Shown: piece after piece, positions 45,601 to 55,700 of the stretch | Numbering within the stretch: the first letter of the stretch is position 1 | Layout of the letters: every line of letters starts with the position of its first letter | From: a virus | Lineage: Duplodnaviria; Caudoviricetes | IMG/VR virus record: IMGVR_UViG_3300020457_000007 | Span: 1 to 64,000 of that record | Length of the DNA: 64,000 bases | Direction: 5' to 3' (one strand) | Notes under the pieces: generated by a model | Database searches by the model: none | Told to the model about the DNA's origin: nothing | What the model saw: only the letters and a program-made list of their open reading frames with translations | Position numbers and translations under genes: made by a program

Positions 45601-48600
45601 GAAACGCAATCCTTGAGCATTAGAATCCCATTGTATTGAATCTAGATCATCTTCATATTGTGTTCCTTTAGTTGGCTTTCTACCTGAAGGTATTAGAATA
45701 ACACCAGTAGCTGCACCAGTATCATCAGTAACTAGAGTATCACCCCAGTTTCTAAGAGATGAACCAGGCATTCCTGAATAGTTACGATCTGGTACTAGGT
45801 AATCGGAAACATCTAATCCATCGATGAAAGGATAAATCCTAGTATTAGGTTTCATCCTACGTAGATGGAATTGAATATATTGTTCGGCAACGTATAATGT
45901 AATAGCGGTACTGATTGTTTGCTCACCAACAGTAGTTGAAGACTGTTGAAGTGGAACCTCAGTATTCTGTGCAGCAATGTTAGAACTACTAGATGTTGTA
46001 GCCAGTACAACTTCAGATTCTGGTAGATCAGGTGCATCTGAACTTAGAGAATTAACATTACTAAATTCTGTGCTACTACCTGTAACTGCTAATTGAGTTA
46101 CATTGTGTATTTGAGATAATGCACTATTTCCATCCTCATAGATTTCTAATGGATCTAGAGTTTGGTTGTCATTGTTATTGATAGATGGTAAAGCATACTC
46201 ATCAAACCAAGGATCAACGTTTGGAGTGATCTCTACGGTTCCCTTATAGTTGAATATAAGGAATGGGTTAACAACAGTTGTATTTGTAGCAAAGATGTTC
46301 TGACAGAGAATAGATTCTGTAAATGGAAGAGTTACTACACCGTGATTAACAACATAGTTGGAAAGAGTACGTGCTGTAGATGAAGCATCTTTTTCTACTA
46401 GAGATACAGTAGTTTCATTTGATTCTGGACGTAAAGTACCACGTGTTAGATCTAGTGCTGCTTTATAGTCAACAGAATTAATATGAGATAATGTATAACT
46501 TTCAAAATTATCTACGACAAATCCAGACTTGAATCTATCCATTCCAGTCTGACCGTCTTTAATTTGTGTGTTTAGAGCACCTTGCTCTAGAACAGATAGC
46601 ATTGTATAACGCTCAAGACGTTCAACTTTCTTTTCGAGTTTATGGATATCACGCATTGTGAATCTCTTATTCTCTACTGGGAAGATCTTGATCTTCTTAA
46701 GGTTGTTTGTAAATGCAGGTATGTAAATCTTAAAGACTTTAATAGCCTCATCTAGACTTACTGAAGATTGTGGGTTTGTAGAACCAGCACCTTTCTTAAC
46801 TGAGAAAGTACCATCTTTCTTTAGATAGACAGTATCGATGCGATCAACATAATAAGAATAAGCACAACTAAAGGTAAAAGGTGTTCCAATGCTAGTTTTA
46901 GTGTCAGCAGGAAGAGCAGCACTAACACCACCTTGCGTATAAATTTCAGAAACATTTGATCCAGGATCCATTACAGAAGCGTTCACATAGCCAGGAATAC
47001 TAGCTGAGGTTCCGACCAAAGGACGGAAATCAATAACATCAGCAAGACTCTTCTTACCGTGTACTAGAGATGTGACTTGTGGAATGTCATCATATATTAC
47101 ACCATTTTCGTGTAGATATGAATCAACTGTAAAGAAGTCTCCTTCGGAGTGTTTGAAGTAATCGAAACCAATTACTAATGTACCAGTTGGGATTCTGACT
47201 CCAGGCTTTCTAATAAGTGTTGATGTGTCATATAGGTTATCCCTTTGACCATCATCAAATAAGAAGAAGTCTGTAATATCTGTACCAGTGTTACCTAGAA
47301 TGTTTCCATTTTCATCAACTGTAGGTGCAATTCCAGGAGTACCCTCATACACATATAGTAGCCTAAAAACGTCAGAGTAAGATTTAACTTGACCAGTTGG
47401 GTTATCATAATCATCACCTCTTATTGGAATAATATCATTATCTAAGTCAGCAGTAATAGAAATTCTCTTACCCTTAGCTGCTGTCTTTAATTTTGGTTTT
47501 GCTTTGGTAGTTTCAATAGTAGTATTGATCTTCAATCTCATACCAGTGAGTTGTAGTCCACCAGATTGCCAGAAATAGTTCTCAGGAAGTGTAACTGACA
47601 ATGCACCAGCATTGTTAGAAGATGATCCAGAGGTAACTTCAACCATACTTGAATCTAAGTATAGCAAGTCACCATCTCTTACTAGATCACCACTACTATT
47701 ATTATATCTTACAGTATCAGTACCAGCATTGTATACCTCAATGACATAATCACCTTGGCTAAATGGTACGAACTGCTGCTGACCATAATCTAGCTGTGCA
47801 GCAATACTAACAGTATTATTTGAACCGTCAATAGTTACGTTCTCAATAAATTGTCTTCTAGAGTAGTATGTAATACCACTATCATCATCAGAAGCAACAA
47901 CTGAGGAAATCTTAGAGTTAGCTAGTGGTAATATAAGTGTTGACTTACCAGAGTTTTCGATCTTTGCTCTAACACGAGTGATAGTATTAGATGGGAAACC
48001 TGCTATAAGACGTTGTTTGAAATATACTCTGCCTGGTCTATCAGTTGATGGGTTACAAGCTCTAGCAACTTCATACTTATAAGTAACACCATCTACAGTG
48101 ATTTGTACAAGATCATCTTCTGATAACTCATCACCAGGACGTGCTGCATAGTTTGTTGCCTCAGCATAATCAGTATCTGCCTTACCAGAATAACCTAAAC
48201 TATTGGTAATAGTTTTTAGTTCTGTAGAATCTGGTTCACTATACTGAATATCACCAGTAAACTTCTTACTGGTCACACCGTGAAGCATACCAACAGAACG
48301 AATATCTTCTATACCAAAGTTCTGAATAGTATCTGTATAGAGAACAGCTCTAACATATGCATTCTCATCACCAGCACTATGTGTTCCACCAGTGTCTACA
48401 ACTTCTAGTTGAGGAGGAACATCAAATGTATCAAGTATCTCTCTTCTTCCTAATTCTGTCAATCTAACATTACGGATGTAATCAGATTGTCCATTAATAC
48501 CATTAGAACCAATATTTCTAACACAAACAATGTAGTTACTTAGATATTGTCTGTCACCAACTTTTAATTCTAGGTTAGCATCAGCACCATAGTTCTCTCC

Positions 48601-50877
48601 ACCATAAGGAACTACAAAATGACTAATACGTCCATTGACTGCAATAACAGCAGACTTCTCACTATTATCAGCATCATATATTTCTTCTCCTTCTACAAAT
48701 GCACCAACAACATTTGATAGCATAAGACTACTACCAGCAGATAAAGTTGCATTCTCAGGGTCATTCTGTCCAACAGATAAACCACCTTCAACTACAGCAG
48801 TTGTACCACTGATAGAACCAATGATGTTACCACCAGTTTCAAAAGCGTGATTTCCTGTTAATTTAAGTTTCGTGAATAGGATTGGGTTTGTATATGACAA
48901 ATCAAAAGTACAATCCTGTGCACTTGAAGATGCTATAACATTAGCAGTCTTATCAAATCCATTAGGTGCTTTTCTAAACTTAAAGTCTCTAGCTATAGCA
49001 CGACCAATAATAGGTGTCATTGGTACTGTATAGTCTAGGATCATTCCATAGTATGTACTACCACTGTTATTACCATATAGTGTAATACCATTCTGTGAAC
49101 CACCACCAGAAGCACCTAGTTTAACTGGTCCTTGTGATTGGTAAGAAGTGTGGATACTATTTAATGTTGAAATAGACGCTCTAAGAATAAACTCTTGAAT
49201 AACGTGAGTAGGATTACCACCACTATTCTCATTCATTCCACCAACAGCTACATCACCATTCCAAGCAAGTGATCCATCAGTATCCATATTGTACTTGACG
49301 TTAGCACGTGCAGCTATAACATCAACTGGAGAATATGTTGAACCATTATAATGATATAGAGTCTTCTTAACACCAGTAGATAATGCTCCATAAACAATAT
49401 CAGTTATACTAGCAAGATCAACTGGATCACCATTAGAAGGAGGTGCACCTGGATATACCCAGACAGTCATCAATCCTTCATCGTTATTATAGATATTTCC
49501 CCTTAGGTCTGATACAGAATATACACCATTAGAACCATTACCGATACCATTAACACCTAAGAAAGAGTCAATAAATTTACGATATAGATCTATTTTCTTA
49601 AAGGGAGTTGCCTCACCATCAGAAGTAGTGCTTAGAGGAGCAGAACCTGCAACTCCACGAAGAGGAATACGAGATAAACTTGACGCATACAAACGAGTTG
49701 TATCACGATTCTGTGTTGCCTTTGCCTTATCTAATTCTACGTACTTAGGTTCTGTGTTCTCTACTTCATAACCACGAATATATGCCTTACCTGGTCCTAA
49801 GTTTAATACTAGTTTGTTAGCAGCATCAGCAGTAGTATGCCCATTAACTAGACCATCAGCATCTGGTTGATAGAATCCACTACCATCTGCTTTGTAATAT
49901 TCTTTAACATCTGATGTGAATGCCTTAACTACGTAGTCTCCAGACTCATCATATGTTCTTCTAGCTAGTATCTCTTCTATTTGACTAGGTGCAGTTTGTT
50001 TAATCTGCCTCTGAATCTTACCTTGCTGTAGATATACTAACTGTACAAAATTCTTATTTGAAGGTTCTTCAATTTGAAACTTCTCTAGAGTTAAAGTGAT
50101 CTTTAATCTATGTGCACCTGGTGCAGAGAAATTAGAATAACCCTGTGCATTATCCTTGAGGGATATATCATCCTCAGGAGTAATGATACTTTCTGTAATA
50201 GACCAACCAACTTTAAATGAGGTGTTAGTTGAATACTTCGATAGAACTAGCGTCTGAGCGTCGTTCTGAACGAAATGACCATTGATAAAGTAAATACCTC
50301 TTTGGACGTTTACAGCAGATCCATAACCCATTGCAGCACTGTCTGAGGGTTTGATGCCATCAGAACCTACTACCAACGTAGGATCATCATCTGTAGTTGG
50401 ATTCTCTAGCTTAAGAGATTCACCTTGACGGAATTTAACATCAATATTATCAGAACCTGAACTGATATACTTAACAAATATAGTATCTGCATCTAGTGTA
50501 GTTTCAAAAGCATAGTTATCAACAAATGCCTTAACACCAGAAGTCTGACCGACAAGTACCTTGCCGACCAGTTGGGATATATTATACTTAACAAAATTAA
50601 TTTGCCCATCTACACTTTGAGCAACTTGAGAGACGCTACTTAACTTGACATATTCATAAGTGTCTGTGTATGACACTTCACCAGGGATCACCATCTGACC
50701 CTGTTTGAACATACTGTTACCAACCGACTCCAATTGGTTCTGCAACATAGATTGCAGTTGAGTCAGTTCTCTTGCTTGGATAGAATATCCTGGACGGAAA
50801 AGTATCCTGTAGAAATTCTTCCCCGCATCAAAGTCGTCGAAATACGGGGTTCTATTCAGGTTAGTATTTTGTGGCAT
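42619..50877 (-). CDS. Large virion structural protein (VrlC/DUF4815-type), 2752 aa
   Basis: NLNRTPYFDDFD, LFRPGYSIQARELTQLQS, APGAHRLKI, LARRTYDESGDY, DRFKSGFVVDNF, DPLAQTF, GSLFKSQN, DLRAIAT. Confidence 0.9.
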   Translation of the reverse strand: MPQNTNLNRTPYFDDFDAGKNFYRILFRPGYSIQARELTQLQSMLQNQLESVGNSMFKQGQMVIPGEVSYTDTYEYVKLSSVSQVAQSVDGQINFVKYNISQLVGKVLVGQTSGVKAFVDNYAFETTLDADTIFVKYISSGSDNIDVKFRQGESLKLENPTTDDDPTLVVGSDGIKPSDSAAMGYGSAVNVQRGIYFINGHFVQNDAQTLVLSKYSTNTSFKVGWSITESIITPEDDISLKDNAQGYSNFSAPGAHRLKITLTLEKFQIEEPSNKNFVQLVYLQQGKIQRQIKQTAPSQIEEILARRTYDESGDYVVKAFTSDVKEYYKADGSGFYQPDADGLVNGHTTADAANKLVLNLGPGKAYIRGYEVENTEPKYVELDKAKATQNRDTTRLYASSLSRIPLRGVAGSAPLSTTSDGEATPFKKIDLYRKFIDSFLGVNGIGNGSNGVYSVSDLRGNIYNNDEGLMTVWVYPGAPPSNGDPVDLASITDIVYGALSTGVKKTLYHYNGSTYSPVDVIAARANVKYNMDTDGSLAWNGDVAVGGMNENSGGNPTHVIQEFILRASISTLNSIHTSYQSQGPVKLGASGGGSQNGITLYGNNSGSTYYGMILDYTVPMTPIIGRAIARDFKFRKAPNGFDKTANVIASSSAQDCTFDLSYTNPILFTKLKLTGNHAFETGGNIIGSISGTTAVVEGGLSVGQNDPENATLSAGSSLMLSNVVGAFVEGEEIYDADNSEKSAVIAVNGRISHFVVPYGGENYGADANLELKVGDRQYLSNYIVCVRNIGSNGINGQSDYIRNVRLTELGRREILDTFDVPPQLEVVDTGGTHSAGDENAYVRAVLYTDTIQNFGIEDIRSVGMLHGVTSKKFTGDIQYSEPDSTELKTITNSLGYSGKADTDYAEATNYAARPGDELSEDDLVQITVDGVTYKYEVARACNPSTDRPGRVYFKQRLIAGFPSNTITRVRAKIENSGKSTLILPLANSKISSVVASDDDSGITYYSRRQFIENVTIDGSNNTVSIAAQLDYGQQQFVPFSQGDYVIEVYNAGTDTVRYNNSSGDLVRDGDLLYLDSSMVEVTSGSSSNNAGALSVTLPENYFWQSGGLQLTGMRLKINTTIETTKAKPKLKTAAKGKRISITADLDNDIIPIRGDDYDNPTGQVKSYSDVFRLLYVYEGTPGIAPTVDENGNILGNTGTDITDFFLFDDGQRDNLYDTSTLIRKPGVRIPTGTLVIGFDYFKHSEGDFFTVDSYLHENGVIYDDIPQVTSLVHGKKSLADVIDFRPLVGTSASIPGYVNASVMDPGSNVSEIYTQGGVSAALPADTKTSIGTPFTFSCAYSYYVDRIDTVYLKKDGTFSVKKGAGSTNPQSSVSLDEAIKVFKIYIPAFTNNLKKIKIFPVENKRFTMRDIHKLEKKVERLERYTMLSVLEQGALNTQIKDGQTGMDRFKSGFVVDNFESYTLSHINSVDYKAALDLTRGTLRPESNETTVSLVEKDASSTARTLSNYVVNHGVVTLPFTESILCQNIFATNTTVVNPFLIFNYKGTVEITPNVDPWFDEYALPSINNNDNQTLDPLEIYEDGNSALSQIHNVTQLAVTGSSTEFSNVNSLSSDAPDLPESEVVLATTSSSSNIAAQNTEVPLQQSSTTVGEQTISTAITLYVAEQYIQFHLRRMKPNTRIYPFIDGLDVSDYLVPDRNYSGMPGSSLRNWGDTLVTDDTGAATGVILIPSGRKPTKGTQYEDDLDSIQWDSNAQGLRFPLGDKKIKFTSSNTNAASPESHAVVTFKASGTYEPLPNDIIALEDIDTADKVDGTQYTENILNPDVSVSDPLAQTFRVESFDGGVMVSSVDLYFSAKDPSLPVTIKLSDTISGRPTKNILPGSISVMESNTYIRVITSGSHTLLKDEIIEGDTSNAQGPLIGVLDSQNQPVPVVNDTYTLGTSQVYTLILGDHNKEDFIAGEPLVITSLTVANNSRSGDDIVKMQIVLDSGYISEIVVDDMGDGYAGSTTVTIESPQLPGGITATAVPQITDQKVYEIQPTLGGSEYTTAPSVLIVSAAATQLAEGRAVLKITKPAVRMGVATSDKALIPTKFHFQYPIYLENDREYAVIVESNSTIYQTFISRLGETEINSNSTVTTQPLLGSLFKSQNSNLWTENQYEDLKFDLYMAQFDTTQSGVINLVNKDQGYEPLQANPIETNSLGANITTSNLFAANNKVIKVLHRNHGLNAGSFVALKDSAAVGGFSATALNRQIFSVLSAGIDFYTVGMSTTAGGSVIGGGLNVKGLGQTKFEKALLKVDSLDFPTTMLDTTVTSTLVKPLDSAVTTVDYTPDSPLPVILNKEYYFPTQRVVASKLNEKLFSSRLNSQKSFVLTATLSTHNANLSPIISLKNPKAILTNNRVEASSGNEDRYGRKIQEVELHKTVILRLMDSAGSPSTLGTSAALEVTNGIGQTIKGKTSGTRAILSYWDNSSNPGELYVRVTEGDGFVLGEEIEFGGSSTYNGDLNGDTGTTGAASGNLNLVKPIKITGTLPLAQLNVVPGTKLANSADLKTGAVTRWNQENYRLIFTSNDSSFDKSDLIGSGAVSDGLYEGGVSIINESFKVPVSIKNIYTSYGYLYTPDRLKNSSNVATYVTKEISIDNPGNSINLVLNAALQEIDDVTVMFKTKRSSQQIYFKDINWEYFNATGVPDVEVTPSSGTNFSPTTESQSDFREYNYSVTGLKEFSSFAIKIIMKSRNPALPPRIRDLRAIATF

Positions 50878-50894
50878 CTCTTAAGACTCTTTAA

Positions 50895-52712
50895 TTAGAA
50901 CTCGACTACGAGCTTGATATCTTCAATCTGGTCAGAAGCACGAGAGATAGCACGACGGTTCTCAATGTAAATGATATCGCCTGAGTTTTTCGCAATTTCA
51001 GCGTTAGCTACGCCACTTGAGAAAACTACACCGCCATCTGTCTGTCCACCAGGAGTGTTATATGTACTATTTACCGTAGCAGTAGAAAGTGATCCTGCAC
51101 CACTAATAGCGTCAGATCCGTTATCAAATGGGTAAACAACACCGTTATGAGTGTGACGATCAGGAGACTGGAAGTACTTAACGATGTTGTATGTTACACC
51201 ATCTACAGTTCCTTTCCAAGAAACAACTGTTCCTTTAGCAGTTACGGATGAACCACCAGAGGTATATGTCTGTGAAATTTCCTCGTCAACAAAGAAATCT
51301 CCAGAAGGACTTTGTACTTTTAATGCACCAGTTGCACTTAGGTTATCAGCAGTAGCGAAGTCTGTAGTACCGTAGTTGTATGGGTCACGGAGTAATCCAA
51401 TACGACGGAAGTCATTATCTGTTGGGAAGTCACCTTCTCCTTCATCATATGTCAAACGAGTGTTAATCATAACTCGCTTACCACCCAACTCTTCAACTGG
51501 GTCAGCACCGTGTCCACCCTGAGGAGGAATGATAACTTCGAGAGCACCACCAGTTGCGTCACTGTTAGCGTCAATGTTTGAAGGAGTTGTTAAACCAGTG
51601 TCACTGTATACATCACCTAGGTTAAGAGATGCATATGTGTATCCAGTACCAGCTGCCTGTACACTTGCTTCCGCAATAGCACCAGAATCAACTACAAGTT
51701 TAGCGATTCCAGCAGAACCATCACCCTTAATTGGAGTGTAGTAAGTACCAGCATCATAGTTAGTACCAGAGTCTGTAATAAGAATAGTGTCAATCGCACC
51801 GTTAACAGCAGCAGAAGTAACAGCAGCTTCTTCAATAATTGGAAGGAAGTCAGTTGATAAGAACTTCAATACACTGTCAGTTGGGATGGTGTACATATAC
51901 TTCCAAATATATGGACGCTTACCATCAGTTCTGAATCCTGGATTACCAGCATCTTCTGGTTCAATGAAGATACCAGAGATAGACTGAACCTTAGTAGGTT
52001 CTGTAACTGATACTACACCGTTAGGATCTGTAGGAGTTTGACCGTTATATACACACTTAAAAACCTCATAGCTGCTATTCATCACATAGAATGTGGAAGC
52101 AAATAATGAGGTAGCACCAGTCGCAGTAGTCTTAGCACTAGAATAGTCGGGCTTGTACATATCGTACACTGTGTTAGCACCGAAATTAAAACGCTTAACC
52201 ACGAATGTTAAATCGTCTTTCTTAACCCTTTTAAGTGAGATCATATCATCGTAGATCTCGAACTTCTCTTCTTGAGAGTCAAATGGTTGTGTAGGAACGT
52301 TTTCGGATCCAGTCCTCCACACACCAGCCTTAGCGGTTGCACCACCAGTGTTACCAGTTACAGTAGTACCAGGAACGAAGTTAGAGTTCTGACCCTGTGT
52401 ACCATTGACACCAGAGAGTAGAACAGAATTAGGGAATACTTTTTCGACTGTACCATATACAGAAGCACCACCAGGATATGACGTACCTTGATATACAACC
52501 TCACCTACTTGGAAAGTATTATTGATTGCGTATAATTCTAGGTATGCACGCCACTCTTGCGGTCTTCCGATAAAGAAGTAGAGTCTTGTACGTTGGGTAC
52601 CTGCCTCAGCCGCTGATTCCTCAGCTGGTGTGGAGGTTGTTGGTTCAGATAATGCCTCGACGAACTGTTGGGCATTATGTATCCTGAACAGATCAGTGAT
52701 AATAGCAGACAT
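50895..52712 (-). CDS. gp8: Baseplate wedge subunit
   Basis: MSAIITDLFRIHNA, YIWKYMYTI, GGHGADPVEELGG, DFRRIGLLRDP, SGDIIYIENR...EDIKLVVEF; TATAAATA at 52751-52758. Confidence 0.93.
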   Translation of the reverse strand: MSAIITDLFRIHNAQQFVEALSEPTTSTPAEESAAEAGTQRTRLYFFIGRPQEWRAYLELYAINNTFQVGEVVYQGTSYPGGASVYGTVEKVFPNSVLLSGVNGTQGQNSNFVPGTTVTGNTGGATAKAGVWRTGSENVPTQPFDSQEEKFEIYDDMISLKRVKKDDLTFVVKRFNFGANTVYDMYKPDYSSAKTTATGATSLFASTFYVMNSSYEVFKCVYNGQTPTDPNGVVSVTEPTKVQSISGIFIEPEDAGNPGFRTDGKRPYIWKYMYTIPTDSVLKFLSTDFLPIIEEAAVTSAAVNGAIDTILITDSGTNYDAGTYYTPIKGDGSAGIAKLVVDSGAIAEASVQAAGTGYTYASLNLGDVYSDTGLTTPSNIDANSDATGGALEVIIPPQGGHGADPVEELGGKRVMINTRLTYDEGEGDFPTDNDFRRIGLLRDPYNYGTTDFATADNLSATGALKVQSPSGDFFVDEEISQTYTSGGSSVTAKGTVVSWKGTVDGVTYNIVKYFQSPDRHTHNGVVYPFDNGSDAISGAGSLSTATVNSTYNTPGGQTDGGVVFSSGVANAEIAKNSGDIIYIENRRAISRASDQIEDIKLVVEF

Positions 52713-52750
52713 TGTTTTCTAAAAGTGTTTCTGAGACTGGATCCGAAAGT

Positions 52751-52758
52751 TATTTATA
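52751..52758 (-). promoter_or_regulatory. T4 late promoter TATAAATA for gp8
   Basis: Exact consensus. Confidence 0.75.
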
Positions 52759-52759
52759 T

Positions 52760-55700
52760 TTATAGATCTAAATCTGCGGTGATTATATAGTCACCTGCGA
52801 CATAGGAGTCAGTGTTGGCATCATTGAACCACATTAATCTGACACCATATTGATCTGATGTCATATTTGTCGAGTCAGCCATATAGATACGGATTATCGT
52901 CGTGGCGGTTTGTGCATTAGCTGGAATATTTTGTGTTATTGTATTCCAACTGGTGTAATTCGCTTGACTGTAGGTCACTACTGACCCAATATCAATGAAT
53001 GTAGTTCCACCATCAATACTGTAACTTAGCATCAAATCGTTAACTGCGGATCCTGGTGCATTACCACCATTACTCCCGTCACCACGAATCGCACTAAATG
53101 TTACCGTATTGTATGTAGTCAAGTCAGTAGGAGCAAATGTTGCGGATCTAGCTCCACTTACACCTGAGAATAAGAGATAATTTATGTTGGAATCAAAAAC
53201 TGTTCCACCAGATACGACAGATGCACCTACGTTAGTAGTGTTAAAGTCATATGCACTGAATCCTTTTTCAACCACACCTAATGGGTTGACACGTGTACAT
53301 CCAACAAAACGATCGGGGAATGCTTGTGTATACGTGATTTTTTCAACCTTAGATTGATCTGCTGCACTTCCGATTATGAAAGCACCCCCTGAAGCAGGGA
53401 ATCCAGCAGTAGAATCAACTAAGATAGTATCAGATCCGTTTGGATTATCCAAAGCGGAATATGTAAGTTTGGTACCGAAATGTACCTCAGATCCTTGCAT
53501 ATACACAAAGTTATTTGTGTCACCAGGATCATTAACTTGAGAATTATAAACTTCGGGATTCTCGAAATCTTCAATCGTCAAGTTAGGATACTTCTCAGAC
53601 CACCATCCTATATTCATATCTCCCATAATGTATTGTATTGTCCTACCCATACCATCAGTGTAGTAGCCATTGTTATTGGTTGTACTCTGTGGTTGAATTT
53701 CAAACTTGAAGCTCTGTAGGTAATTCAAATGAGGACCAAGGTTACCAGGACTGAATGTCTCCTTAACACCCTTCATTTGAGGGTTGGTACCTGCTTGTTT
53801 CTCAATAGCACCTGACTGAGCAGTTAGTTTTGTCTCTGTAAACTTGTACTTAGTGACAGCAACTGAGACACCCTGAACACCACCTGAACATTGTGTATTG
53901 GTGACATTAGTCTTAAGATATTGAACTCTTGTTTGTTCAGGTTTAAGTTCAACCAATATTTGTGGTTGACCCTTAGTAGCTAGATCTTGTAGATCAATAA
54001 TCTTCCTGATATGAATTACAGGATCATATGTTCTGTTAAGAAGATATGCACTGCCACCAGCATTACCAAATACTAGAGTGACACCATAAGGTACAACTGC
54101 TGCCCACTGTGCCCAAGTTGTCTGAGCACCACCCTTCTTGATAACAGAAAGATATGAATGTAATTTTGCAGCTGCATCAATACCAACTGGTTCAATACCA
54201 AATGTAGTAAGATTCTTGATGTCAAGAGGGTTCTTACGGATAACGAAATAACCTCTAGTAAACAGAATCTGAGGAGGAACCTTATAACCAGAACCACCAG
54301 AGATAATTTCTGTATCTGCTATTTCACCTCTAACAGCAATAGCATTAGCACGTGCACCACCGCCAGCAGGTGCTCCCACTGGATCACCGTTTGAATCAAC
54401 CTCAGGTTGACTACGGAAAATCATTACGGGTGGTTCACGATAGTTCTTAGATATCTGATCTTGTAGATCTCCAGAGTATATGGAAGAACTGAAATCATAT
54501 TCTTGTGAGATGTTATTAGCACTAGCATTTTGTGGAACAAATCCACCTCCCATAAGATCCTTACCCTTATTCAATACGTTGTCCTGTCTCCAGTTAGCAA
54601 CATTATCGAAGTAAGTAGAGTTGTCTCTCTTAGAAAGTACGATACTATTAACACCACCTGGTTTGAGGTATTGAAGACCAGTACACTCTGTACCAGCTAC
54701 GTTATTAATATAAACTTTTTCACCAGGACGGAAGTTGGCAGCTACTGGATCAGTATATCCAGAACCATCAAGGTATAGACTGTATAATTCTAAAGTCTTT
54801 CTAGCTGGGATGTAGTTCTTAACTGTACCTTGCCATACTATGCCAGAGTTAATATCATTCTGATCATTGTACTGACATACGACATCGTTAGGTAGGAATT
54901 CTACACCAGCTTGTCTACTAGATGTAAGTGAGTGATATCTCAACTCAGCATCAATACGTGCAACTGCCTGTGCACCGTCTCCTTCAATCTGACCAGAGTA
55001 AGCACCAACGTTGATAACAACTTCATACTCATAAGATCTAAAGAATGATCCAACGGTAGTATCACTGTCATAACCAGAGGTTACAAGTGCTTCTCTAGCA
55101 GCACGAATGATAGAACGTGAATCTGCCTCACCATCAATCTGAATAAAGTCACCAGTCTTAAGTGTAGAAGGTATTCTATCTTGTCTATTAAATAATTTCT
55201 CTCTTAAATCAGAGTTAGTAGATTCTTCAACTGCATTAACTGTAACATCAAGTAGAGATGCACTAGCTCCTCTGTCTCTAGTGAGACTTAGAGTACCATT
55301 TAACCAGTTAACTTTCTGTCCTGTAACACCCTCAACGAATAGAAGGTTTCTAGCACCAGGTGCCCAGTTCTGCTTATAGATTCTACCTCTTGCATATGAG
55401 TACTCATAGGTATGAGTTCCACCATTAGGATCAGTAGAGATCCAGCAATCTGCACCCTCTAGAGGAAGAACGATTTGCTGATCAACAGTTAATCGGAAGA
55501 ACTTCTTAAATGTACCTTCAGGTTCAATATTAAATCCTAAGAGAACACGCTCTGGATCCAAACCATAGAAGTATAAGATAAAGCATTCGGATCCTTCTGA
55601 AGGAGCCTCTTGGAATACAATGATATTGTCTTCAATTCTGTATGCTATTCTGTTCTGCTGAATAACACCGTTAAGTATAACCACAACGTTTTGACTTCTC

